Positions 29,893-38,107 of a stretch of 64,000 nucleotides of DNA are shown here, piece after piece. Every line of letters begins with the position of its first letter. The stretch's first letter is position 1. The position numbers were made by a program, and so were the translations under genes. This stretch comes from Patescibacteria group bacterium. Lineage in GTDB: Bacteria; Patescibacteriota; JACPGU01. The notes beneath the pieces were generated by a model. It saw only the letters and a list, made by a program, of their open reading frames with translations, did no database searches and was not told where the DNA came from. The DNA lies in contig JAQULF010000001.1 in assembly GCA_028718745.1 (NCBI GenBank), positions 111,078 through 175,077 of the forward strand. Direction: 5' to 3'.

Positions 29893-30657
29893 CTAATCTC
29901 TCTTTTCTTCTACTACTATGATTTCTTCGCCCCCTGCTTTTTTCACCCTTACCACCACTTCTTTGTTTTTTTCGCGATCAACTATCACTTGCTGGCCTAT
30001 TGAAAAAAGAGTACCAACTACCCAATAAAGGGTAAGTCCGGAAGGCAAGCTGACAGCAAAAAATAAAGTCATCAACGGCATCAGAAATATCATTTGACGA
30101 TTCATTTTTTGTTCGGTAGAAGGATTTTTGGATTTATCTATCGGGGTCGTCATTATGGCTAAAACATATTGCAAGCCGGCAGCTAGAACGGGCAAAACAA
30201 ATTTTTCCGGTTTTGATAAATCCAAAAATCCTAAAAATGTAGGACTGATTTTTTCCGGCAAGTGAATGAAAGAGTAAACTTGAGCCGGGTTTATTTTGGT
30301 CAAAACCTCTCTAAAAATCTGATAGAGCGCCAAGAGTATAGGAAGCTGAATCAAAACCGGCAAACAGCTGCTGATAGGGCTTACTCCATTGTGCTTGTAG
30401 AACTCCATCTGCGCCTTCGCAAAAGCCTGCTGATCACTCTTGTGCCGCTCTTTTAGAATGGCTAATTCTGGAGCAAGTTTCTTCATTTTTCTTTGCGCTC
30501 TAGAGGATTTTAGGCTTAACGGCAGAACAACGACCCTTATTATTATAGTTATTATAATAATGGCGATACCAAGATCGTGACCCGGCACATTGTTGTATAA
30601 AAACAAGAGCAGGTTGAGTAGCGGTTTTATAAGAAATTCGTTCCAAATATAGACCAT
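29893..30657 (-). CDS. yidC: Membrane protein insertase YidC/Oxa1
   Basis: GIAIIIITIIIR...PL, SCLPVLIQLPIL, LPSGLTLYW motifs; canonical yidD-rnpA-rpmH context. Confidence 0.93.
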   Translation of the reverse strand: MVYIWNEFLIKPLLNLLLFLYNNVPGHDLGIAIIIITIIIRVVVLPLSLKSSRAQRKMKKLAPELAILKERHKSDQQAFAKAQMEFYKHNGVSPISSCLPVLIQLPILLALYQIFREVLTKINPAQVYSFIHLPEKISPTFLGFLDLSKPEKFVLPVLAAGLQYVLAIMTTPIDKSKNPSTEQKMNRQMIFLMPLMTLFFAVSLPSGLTLYWVVGTLFSIGQQVIVDREKNKEVVVRVKKAGGEEIIVVEEKRD

Positions 30658-30766
30658 AAATATAAAAAATTAAAGATAAAAGATAAAAAACAAATACTTA
30701 AATATATAAAAACAAAGATATTTTTAAGTTTTTAATTCTTGTTTTTTATTTTTTATATTTTATTTT

Positions 30767-31033
30767 TCATTTTAAAAAATCTTCTCCTCCCTTACTCCAA
30801 GGGTTACATCTTAAAACTCGCCAAATCGCTAAATAACCCCCCTTAAAAAAACCATACTTTTGAAAGGCCTGCTTACTATATTGTGAACAAGTGGGATGAT
30901 ATTTGCAATAGCCGTATGGGTATCTTGCCTTCAGCCAGCCATGATCGGGAGAGAGAGTTTTTTGATAAATCGTAATTAGAAATATAACAATTTTCCGCGG
31001 TATAAAGATGATTTTTTTAAAAGTATCGTCCAT
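30767..31033 (-). CDS. yidD: Membrane protein insertion efficiency factor YidD
   Basis: YQKTLSP, CKYHPTCSQY, RVLRCNPWSKGG.D. Confidence 0.95.
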   Translation of the reverse strand: MDDTFKKIIFIPRKIVIFLITIYQKTLSPDHGWLKARYPYGYCKYHPTCSQYSKQAFQKYGFFKGGYLAIWRVLRCNPWSKGGEDFLK

Positions 31034-31094
31034 TTGTATGCTTTCGGAATGACGGACGAAAGTCCGTCTCTCAATGTTGACGAACTATCGTTCG

Positions 31095-31448
31095 TCATTC
31101 CAATATGTTTAATAAGCCTGTCCTTCCGCAAAGATGCAAAAACTCTTTCTCTAAATCCTGATAACTCGCTTCCAATATCTTGTCTTTCGCCGAAATGATC
31201 AGCCAATAACCCTTTCTGATTTTATCTTGGTTCAACCGAATAATTTCGCGCAATTGCCTCCTTTTTCTGTTTCGCATAACTGAACTTTTGGAGATATTCA
31301 ATCCTAAAACTATCCCGAATCTAACCGGCTCATTGCTATTTTTCGATTCCAAAAAACGCAAAGAAAAAAATATGCCGCTCACAACCTTTCCTTTTTTGTA
31401 AACCAAATCAAACTCTTTTTTTGATCTTAAGCTTTTGTTGAGAGACAT
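31095..31448 (-). CDS. rnpA: Ribonuclease P protein component
   Basis: LRSKKEFDLVYKKG, RFGIV, SVMRNRKRRQLRE; ATG 31448 directly follows the rpmH stop. Confidence 0.92.
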   Translation of the reverse strand: MSLNKSLRSKKEFDLVYKKGKVVSGIFFSLRFLESKNSNEPVRFGIVLGLNISKSSVMRNRKRRQLREIIRLNQDKIRKGYWLIISAKDKILEASYQDLEKEFLHLCGRTGLLNILE

Positions 31449-31449
31449 A

Positions 31450-31596
31450 TTATTTATCGCTAACACTTAAACGCTTTCGGCCTTTTGCCCTTCTTCTGGA
31501 TAAAATCTTTTTGCCATTGGCCGATTTCATGCGATTGCGAAATCCATGAACTTTTAGCTTGCTTCCTCGTTTGTATGCGCCGGTACCTTTTTTCAA
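31450..31596 (-). CDS. rpmH: 50S ribosomal protein L34
   Basis: Not in the ORF track. AGGAGG RBS and TTG start; [48 protein letters not shown]. Confidence 0.92.
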   Translation of the reverse strand: MKKGTGAYKRGSKLKVHGFRNRMKSANGKKILSRRRAKGRKRLSVSDK

Positions 31597-31753
31597 AACT
31601 TCCTCCTAAAAAATATTATATAATAAGAAGTTTTGCCCTCCGAAGTTCACACTGGAAATAACAGAATGTAATTCGTTTTTCCAGTAAGAATGAAGGATGG
31701 GCTGCTATCTTATAATATAAAGGTTAATAAATAATGCTTAACACCATCTAATT

Positions 31754-32833
31754 CTAACTGCTACGACCCTTTTTGTCAATTAAATCTGATAACTCTTTTG
31801 TTAATTTCCAGCCCTCACAGTGTTTTAAAACCCCAAAATAAGACTGTCGAATTTGCTCAAATGATTCTTGGCTAATAACTTTTTGATCTAATAGTCTCTT
31901 TTTTGCTCTCAACTTCTTAAACATTCTTTTCTTGGTCTTCGTTCGGAGAATTTTGTGATACGGAAAAACCACATATCCCAAAAAATCAATTCCTTGATTT
32001 GGTTTGCGGATAATGGTTTTGTCAGGATGTAATTGCAACTTAAGGTTGTCTTTTATAAAATCGCCGACCGCATCCTGTAGGGAACAGCCATGGCTGTTCC
32101 CTACCGAATACAATATCACAAAATCATCACAATACCGGGCATACGATTTAACCTTTAAGCGATGTTTTACAAACTGATCTAATTCGTTCAAGTAGATATT
32201 GGCAAAAAGTTGCGAGGTAAGATTGCCCAGCGGAATCCCCGTACTCTCTCTCTCTCTCTCGTTTTGTTTTGTGTTAAACGAATCGATTGTTTCTTTAACT
32301 AACCACAAAACATTCTCATCTTTGATTTTCTTTTTAATTAAATCAAACAATATCTCATGGTCAACGGACGCGAAAAATTTTTTGATGTCTAATTTAATGA
32401 TGACACGATAATATTTTACTTCCCCTGTAGAGACACGCCATGGCGTGTCTCTACGAAGAAAACTCTGCAATCGATCTACTGCCTTATGTGTTCCTTTTTC
32501 GTTTCTGCAGGAATATGAATCATGGATAAATGTTTTGTCGAAGATAGGATAGAGGATTCTATAAATAGCGTGATGAACTATGCGATCTTTCACAGTAGCT
32601 TTGTGAATGTGCCGTCTTTTTGGATCATTGATAAAAAATGAGGTATAATGGCTATGCTTATAGGTTTTAGATTTAAGCTCCTCGTGAAGATTAAAGAGAT
32701 TATCTTCAAGATGTAGCTCAAATTCTTGGACATCTTTCTTTTTTCTTTTCCCTTTTTTAAATTCATTCCAACTACAAAATAAATTATCAATACTAATAAT
32801 TTGGGAGAATAAATTATCATGGAGAATTTTCAT
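31754..32833 (-). CDS. DGR reverse transcriptase (359 aa from ATG 32833)
   Basis: MKILHDNLFSQIISIDNL, DPKRRHI, KDRIVHHA, SYSCRNEKGTHKA, LDIKKFFASVDH, GIPLGNLTSQLFANIYL (DGR-type SQ), RYCDDF, GIDFLGY. No maturase or endonuclease domain. Confidence 0.95.
   Translation of the reverse strand: MKILHDNLFSQIISIDNLFCSWNEFKKGKRKKKDVQEFELHLEDNLFNLHEELKSKTYKHSHYTSFFINDPKRRHIHKATVKDRIVHHAIYRILYPIFDKTFIHDSYSCRNEKGTHKAVDRLQSFLRRDTPWRVSTGEVKYYRVIIKLDIKKFFASVDHEILFDLIKKKIKDENVLWLVKETIDSFNTKQNERERESTGIPLGNLTSQLFANIYLNELDQFVKHRLKVKSYARYCDDFVILYSVGNSHGCSLQDAVGDFIKDNLKLQLHPDKTIIRKPNQGIDFLGYVVFPYHKILRTKTKKRMFKKLRAKKRLLDQKVISQESFEQIRQSYFGVLKHCEGWKLTKELSDLIDKKGRSS
32077..32104. repeat. Perfect 28-bp GTAG REP palindrome inside the RT gene
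   Basis: GTAGGGAACAGCCATGGCTGTTCCCTAC; its first 24 nt are identical to 14493-14516 in comF. Confidence 0.9.
32427..32454. repeat. Perfect 28-bp GTAG REP palindrome inside the RT gene
   Basis: GTAGAGACACGCCATGGCGTGTCTCTAC. Confidence 0.9.
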
Positions 32834-33172
32834 AGTCCGTCTATTATTCAGAAGGTTTATGATTTCTATGCTGAACTTTATTTGGTGGTAGAAAAGATGC
32901 CCAAGAAAGACAAATATGCCCTGGGCGAGAAACTGCAAAAAATCACTTTGGATTTTCTGGAATTGCTAATCACTGCCAGCAATAAATCAAAAGATAAAAA
33001 ATATCCCTTCATGGAATTAGCTAGTACAAAGCTTGAAGTTCTGAAAATTACTATCCGACTCTCACATGAAGTTAAAGCGATACCAACGAGCAAATATCAT
33101 TCTCTGGAAGAAAGACTTCAGGAAATTGGTAGGATGCTTGGGGGATGGATAAACTCAATAAAAACACCTTGA
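32819..33172 (+). CDS. avd: DGR accessory variability determinant Avd (four-helix bundle), opposite strand to RT/TR
   Basis: IIQKVYDFY...MPKKDKYALGEKL...KLEVLKITIRL...KY..LEERLQEIGRMLGGWI; basic 117-aa helical protein next to the RT. Confidence 0.9.
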   Translation: MENFHSPSIIQKVYDFYAELYLVVEKMPKKDKYALGEKLQKITLDFLELLITASNKSKDKKYPFMELASTKLEVLKITIRLSHEVKAIPTSKYHSLEERLQEIGRMLGGWINSIKTP

Positions 33173-33203
33173 TTGGTGTTTTTATTTTTTGCTTAGAGAC
33201 TAT

Positions 33204-33310
33204 CTCGACGGCGGCACCGATGTTGTCATTGGCATTCTCGGGATTCCAGTTGTCGTTGACATTGAGGCTGTCGTTGTTGAAGTTGACATTCAGCGGACGC
33301 TCGTCGTAAA
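33204..33310 (-). repeat. DGR template repeat (TR), 107 nt
   Basis: Conceptual frame YDERPLNVNFNNDSLNVNDNWNPENANDNIGAAVE with 11 AAY codons and no third-position adenines; matches 33663-33766. Confidence 0.95.
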
Positions 33311-33577
33311 GTGCCTTTTTCCATCTATTATCACCACTCCTTGATAAACTCTCAGAGTTGAATTTTATTTGGCGGCACCCCAACGATATGTCGGAGATCC
33401 GCACCAGAAAAAGACACGGAGTTTCTAAGCAATTCTTTCGCGCTCTTCCGATGTCTAATAGATAGACGACCGGAACTCTGGCTACTTGATACTTAGGATT
33501 TCGGCGGCCTGGATTCGTAAACCCAAGCGCTCTACCTAATCTCAAGAACATTTTAGCAGAAATAAGGCAAAAAGAAA

Positions 33578-33603
33578 GGGGCAAACGCTTTCGCGTTTGC
33601 CCC
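33578..33603 (-). terminator. DGR target-recognition hairpin and probable terminator
   Basis: GGGGCAAACGC-GAAA-GCGTTTGCCCC (11-bp stem) 32 nt after the target stop, followed by TTTCTTTTT. Confidence 0.85.
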
Positions 33604-33635
33604 AAGAAACCAAGGATTCAAAAGAAATCCGAGAA

Positions 33636-34604
33636 TCAGGCGGCAAGTTCCAGAGGAACTCCCTCGACGGCGGCACCGATGAGGCCATGGGCATTCTCGG
33701 GATGCCAGTAGTCGTAGACATCGAGGCTGTCGTAGAAGATGACATGCAGCGGACGCTCGTCGTAAATGGTGCTGGTGCGAGCCCATGTTGATGTTCTGAA
33801 CTTCCGGTAGTTGATGGCGAGCAGGAGCATCATGAGCGCGTCGGAGGTAACCGAAGAATTTATCAGGCCGTGTTCCTTTGTAACTTTCTGTTGATTTTCC
33901 CAGCGCTTCTTTGTGGTAAAAGCGGGGAAATCAACATAACTGATGCGCCAGCGCTCCGAGTCTGTGGCCGGTACATGCGGCCAGCCCTCAATGCCCTGTT
34001 TGATGAACCAGTTGCTGTAGTCAATGCCCGGGCGTATGATTCCGGGACCGAGACCGTCATGCTGGACTCCGAACCAGTTGTAAAGATTGACCAGCGATGT
34101 CTTATGCCTCGCTACACCGAAAAGCTCCAATTGAAGTACGGGAATGCAGTTCCACTCCGGTCTTTTGCAAAGCTCCACCAGCTTTCGGAGCAGCTCGGGC
34201 GTCCATGCCTCGGGCAGAGGAACTTCGGGAACCCAGCCCTTATCGAGATTCAGCGGATTTTCGCCGTTGGGACCCGTCATCGCTTTCTCCCATTCCGCCG
34301 CGCCGACGACTAGAAGCCCGTCGATTGCTCGGTAAGGCGCGAGCGGATCGAGCAGGTCGTCGAGGTTGATTTCGTCGCGAGTTATCGCTTCGAAAAATCG
34401 GGCGAGAAGATCGGGTTCGATGTCGACGCTATCGGGAAGAAGAACAGCTCTTCCTTTCGTGGTTTTTACAACCCCTGACCTGAAAAATTCCTGGATGGCC
34501 TTTTTGTCTTTGAGGCGTTCGGCCATCTGCGCACAGGTTACCTTACCGTCACGGATTGTGGTCAACAGTTCTATGTCTTGACCGGACGTTATCGGCTTAC
34601 TCAT
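33636..34604 (-). CDS. DGR target protein (322 aa), C-terminal VR; C-type-lectin-like fold expected by analogy
   Basis: C-terminus TWARTSTIYDERPLHVIFYDSLDVYDYWHPENAHGLIGAAVEG contains the VR; AGGAAGG RBS; no signal peptide; GC-richer than flanks. Confidence 0.9.
   Translation of the reverse strand: MSKPITSGQDIELLTTIRDGKVTCAQMAERLKDKKAIQEFFRSGVVKTTKGRAVLLPDSVDIEPDLLARFFEAITRDEINLDDLLDPLAPYRAIDGLLVVGAAEWEKAMTGPNGENPLNLDKGWVPEVPLPEAWTPELLRKLVELCKRPEWNCIPVLQLELFGVARHKTSLVNLYNWFGVQHDGLGPGIIRPGIDYSNWFIKQGIEGWPHVPATDSERWRISYVDFPAFTTKKRWENQQKVTKEHGLINSSVTSDALMMLLLAINYRKFRTSTWARTSTIYDERPLHVIFYDSLDVYDYWHPENAHGLIGAAVEGVPLELAA
33663..33766 (-). repeat. DGR variable repeat (VR), 104 nt
   Basis: Differs from TR by 11 substitutions, all at TR adenines, plus loss of one AAC codon. 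Confidence 0.95.
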
Positions 34605-34672
34605 GGCGCACCTTCCTTTCTCCCATTTAAGGGATAGTTTTGTAAGGTCCGAACCGCAACCTTTATATCAAA

Positions 34673-34701
34673 ATAATAGCATATTCTACAAGAAAATGCA
34701 A
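34673..34701 (-). promoter_or_regulatory. Promoter of the DGR target gene
   Basis: TTGCAT-17 nt-TATTAT with an extended TG on the minus strand. Confidence 0.6.
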
Positions 34702-34791
34702 GGGGTTGTTGTTTAATATCCCCAAGGAAACACTTTGGGGATTTAAAAAAGCAAGTTGACTTCTGGATTAAACAAAATATATAATGCAATC

Positions 34792-35145
34792 ATGCTAACC
34801 AAAGAAGATATTAAACAACTTACAAAAGTTCTTGCCACCGCAGAAGATGTCAAAGAATTGAGGGGGGATGTTAAAGAGCTGAAAACAGATGTTACTGGGC
34901 TAAAGACGGATGTTAAAGAGCTGAAAGCACGATCTATCACAACCGAAGAAAGCCTAAAAGATTTAAAGGAAGATGTGCAAGGACTCCGAGAATCTATCCA
35001 AATGTTGACTGTTTCTGTTGATGGTCTGTCAAAATCAATAGAAGATCTTAAAGTGGAATATGCTGCTGTAACAGTAAAACTGCAAAGACATGAGAAGTGG
35101 ATCCAAAAAATAGCTGATAAAATCGGGGTGGGATTAGAATATTAA
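34792..35145 (+). CDS. Small heptad-repeat coiled-coil protein
   Basis: DVKELRG-DVKELKT-DVTGLKT-DVKELKA repeats; TTGACT/TATAAT promoter at 34756-34784 points to ATG 34792. Confidence 0.75.
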   Translation: MLTKEDIKQLTKVLATAEDVKELRGDVKELKTDVTGLKTDVKELKARSITTEESLKDLKEDVQGLRESIQMLTVSVDGLSKSIEDLKVEYAAVTVKLQRHEKWIQKIADKIGVGLEY

Positions 35146-35299
35146 AATCAAAGATCAGAAAACTTTACTTAGACAAAACCTCAAAGTTGAGGCTTATTTT
35201 TTTGCCCCCTTATAAACACCCTGTGAATAGTCTATTGTAAGTTGTGCATAACTTTGTTAAGATGAAACCAACTGTTAAAAAATCTAAATAAAAAGCTTT

Positions 35300-36658
35300 A
35301 TGGATGTTGAACAACTTTGGACAACCTGCCTGGGGGAACTTGAGGTTTTACTCTCTCGCGCTAACTTTACTACCTGGTTTAAAGATACTTCAGTTGTAAA
35401 AATTGATGGCGATACTGTTACTATCGGAACCCCTAATTCTTTTACTAAAGAATGGTTGGAAAAAAAATATCACAATCAAATCATAGAAACTCTGAACCGC
35501 CAGCTAAAGAATATCCAACGAGTGGAATACATTATTGGCTCCTCCAAGAGTCATCCAAATGATGTAATTATTATCAAAAAAACAAAAGAAACAACTATTT
35601 CGAGCGAGATTGGAGGAGAAGAACAGAGCGAAGAGACCGACCTAAACAAGCGCTATACTTTTGAAACTTTCGTTATTGGCGAATCAAACAGACTGGCTCA
35701 TGCCGCCGCCCAGGCCGTAACCAAAAATCCCGGCATAACCTATAATCCTCTCTTTATCTACGGAGGGGTCGGTTTGGGTAAAACTCATTTAATGCAAGCT
35801 ATCGGCAATGAGATAAGAAGAAGAGATAAGAAAAAAAATGTCGTCTACACCACCTGTGAGAAATTTACTAACGAGTTTATCTCGATGGTTCGGAAGGGTA
35901 AGGCCGAGCAGTTCAAAAATAATTACCGCAACGCTGACGCACTTTTGATTGACGACATTCAATTCCTAGCCGGCAAATCCGGGACACAGGAGGAGTTTTT
36001 CCATACTTTTAATGAGTTGCACGGCAAGTCCAAGCAAATAGTCATGACTTCCGACCGACCTCCCAAGGCCGTTTCGGCGCTGGAAGCCAGATTGGTCTCC
36101 CGATTTGAATGGGGGATGCTGGCCGATATCAATCCTCCGGATCTGGAAACTCGCATCGCTATTTTACAAACCAAAGTAAAAGAAAAAGATGTGAATATCG
36201 GCGAAGATATTGTAAATTTTATCGCTAAAAACATTCAGAATAATATCAGAGAATTAGAGGGAGCCTTAAATAGAATTGTGGCTTATTCCGAATTGAATAA
36301 CGCCGAACCATCGCTCGATGATGTAAAGAGAGTTTTGGGCGAACCATCCGGGCCGGACAGACAAAAAAATATAACCACCAAGGAGATATTAAAAAAGATT
36401 GCCGATTTTTATGATATAACGGTTGATCAAATTTTGGGTCAACGCAGAAATAAAGAGCTGGTTTATCCGCGGCAAATCTGCGCCTATATATTAAGAGAGG
36501 AGTTAAACTATTCTTTTCCTAAAATAGGCAAGGAATTGGGAGGAAAAGATCACACCACTATTATGCATGCCTGCAGTAAAATAGGTAAGGAAATGCAGAT
36601 AAATGAGGTTTTAAAGCATGAATTAAATAGTATTAAGGAGAAGCTTTATTCGTTATAG
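35300..36658 (+). CDS. dnaA: Chromosomal replication initiator DnaA
   Basis: YTFETFVIGESN, YNPLFIYGGVGLGKTHL, LLIDDIQF, NIRELEGAL, GGKDHTTIMHA. Confidence 0.99.
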   Translation: MDVEQLWTTCLGELEVLLSRANFTTWFKDTSVVKIDGDTVTIGTPNSFTKEWLEKKYHNQIIETLNRQLKNIQRVEYIIGSSKSHPNDVIIIKKTKETTISSEIGGEEQSEETDLNKRYTFETFVIGESNRLAHAAAQAVTKNPGITYNPLFIYGGVGLGKTHLMQAIGNEIRRRDKKKNVVYTTCEKFTNEFISMVRKGKAEQFKNNYRNADALLIDDIQFLAGKSGTQEEFFHTFNELHGKSKQIVMTSDRPPKAVSALEARLVSRFEWGMLADINPPDLETRIAILQTKVKEKDVNIGEDIVNFIAKNIQNNIRELEGALNRIVAYSELNNAEPSLDDVKRVLGEPSGPDRQKNITTKEILKKIADFYDITVDQILGQRRNKELVYPRQICAYILREELNYSFPKIGKELGGKDHTTIMHACSKIGKEMQINEVLKHELNSIKEKLYSL

Positions 36659-36960
36659 AGTTACCAACAGACCATGTGGAAAAGACCGCAGATACTGTGG
36701 AAAAGATGTTTAAAAAAGATTGGAAAGTGGGGACAAAAAACTCATTGCCAAAAATCCTGCTAAAAACATCCACAAGAAGTCGCCGATAAATCCCACACAA
36801 ACAACAACCAGAGCACAACTATTCCACAGCTAAAAACAAGAAAATAAAACCCAAAGAAGCTATTTATAAATCTTATCAACAAAACCAACAGACATTATTA
36901 ATACTACTACTATTTTTATAATTATTTATAATAAAGATAATAATATATTAGAAAGTGAGG
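36659..36960. other. Putative replication origin oriC (dnaA-dnaN intergenic region)
   Basis: DnaA-box-like 9-mers TGTGGAAAA (36675, 36696), ACATCCACA (36766), TATTCCACA (36820), TTATCAACA (36873), then a TACTACTAC trio-like run near 36902 and an AT-rich tract. More boxes lie upstream of dnaA (TGTGAATAG, TGTGCATAA near 35222-35251). Confidence 0.8.
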
Positions 36961-36964
36961 AATT

Positions 36965-38101
36965 TTGAAAATCACATGCATTCAAGAAAATCTAAATAAA
37001 GCTCTAATGCACAGTTCCAGAATAATCTCCTTAAGGAGCTCCCTTCCTATTCTTGACAATATCTTGCTTTCTACCGATCAAGGAAGATTAAAGATATCGG
37101 CTACTGATCTGGAATTAGGCATCAATTATTGGATAGGCGCCAAAATAGAAAAAGACGGAGCCATTGCTGTTCCCTCAAGACTTTTGACCGAGTTTATCTC
37201 AAACATTAAAGAGGAAAAAATAAGTATTAAGGTTGAGGAAACCGAAGTTATAATTGATGGCGAAAAATATAATGCAACCATCAAGGGTGTTAGTCCGGAA
37301 GATTTTCCCACCATTCCCGATATAAGTCGTGATTTTCTTTTTTCGATTTCCTCAAAAGATCTTCTAAATGCAATCAATCAAGTTGCTTTTGCGGCGGCCG
37401 GTGACAACACTCGACCGATTTTATCCGGCATATTTTTCAAAATTGAAAAAGATGTTTTGAAAATGGCGGCAACGGATAGCTACCGATTGGCCGAGAAAAA
37501 AATTAAGGTCATTAAAAGCGATAAGAGCTCCAAGACTTTTATAATTCCTACTCGAACCATCAGTGAGGTAGGCAAGATTTTGAAAGACGCGGGGGAAAAG
37601 GTGGAGGTTTGCTTTGATGAAAATCAAATCTTGTTTAATTTTGGCTCGATTCATCTTATCTCTCGGTTAATTGACGGACAATATCCTAATTATGAACAAA
37701 TTATTCCGACCGAGTTTGAGAATGAAGTTTTGGTAGATAAACAAGAATTGTTTAATGTTTGCAAAGTGGCTTCCCTTTTTGCTCGCGAATCGGCTAATAG
37801 TATCAAGATGAGCATTAAACCGGAAAAGGTAAAAGAAGGAGAGAAGGAAAAAGAGACCGGCGGAATTCTTTCTATCGTTGGCCAGGGCGTGCAAATTGGA
37901 GAAAGCATCAGCAAAATTCCGGTGAAAACCAAAGGAAAGGAAATAGAGATTTCCTTTAACGCTAAATATATTTTGGATGTTCTGCCCAATATACCGGAGA
38001 AAAATGTCGAAATAAAATTCAGCGGCTCAATCAATCCGTGCTTGATAAAAGGGGAAGGCAAGCAGGATTATCTTTATGTGATAATGCCATTGAGAAACTA
38101 A
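36965..38101 (+). CDS. dnaN: DNA polymerase III beta sliding clamp
   Basis: SATDLELGI, RPILSGI, ATDSYRLAE, SRLIDGQYPNY, FNAKYILD, YVIMPLR. Confidence 0.98.
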   Translation: MKITCIQENLNKALMHSSRIISLRSSLPILDNILLSTDQGRLKISATDLELGINYWIGAKIEKDGAIAVPSRLLTEFISNIKEEKISIKVEETEVIIDGEKYNATIKGVSPEDFPTIPDISRDFLFSISSKDLLNAINQVAFAAAGDNTRPILSGIFFKIEKDVLKMAATDSYRLAEKKIKVIKSDKSSKTFIIPTRTISEVGKILKDAGEKVEVCFDENQILFNFGSIHLISRLIDGQYPNYEQIIPTEFENEVLVDKQELFNVCKVASLFARESANSIKMSIKPEKVKEGEKEKETGGILSIVGQGVQIGESISKIPVKTKGKEIEISFNAKYILDVLPNIPEKNVEIKFSGSINPCLIKGEGKQDYLYVIMPLRN

Positions 38102-38107
38102 AAAAAC

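Larger units (their letters stand above)
31754..34604 (-). mobile_element. Diversity-generating retroelement cassette: target/VR, hairpin, TR, avd (inverted), RT
   Basis: DGR-type RT, Avd, and a TR/VR pair whose substitutions are all at TR adenines. Confidence 0.96.

Noticed and set aside
31754-32938. RT as a group II intron or retron enzyme, and the longer start at 32938
   Set aside because: No maturase domain, intron ends or msr/msd seen, while SQ motif, Avd and TR/VR indicate a DGR. The extra 35 codons are antisense avd and the typical DGR-RT N-terminus starts at 32833.
33072-33605. 177-aa minus-strand ORF running through the TR
   Set aside because: A TR is stop-free in the VR frame by construction; the ORF starts at the hairpin, overlaps avd and has no RBS, so it is treated as non-coding.
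34792-35145. 21-nt periodic repeats as a DNA repeat array
   Set aside because: Fully explained by heptad coiled-coil coding (DVKELKT).
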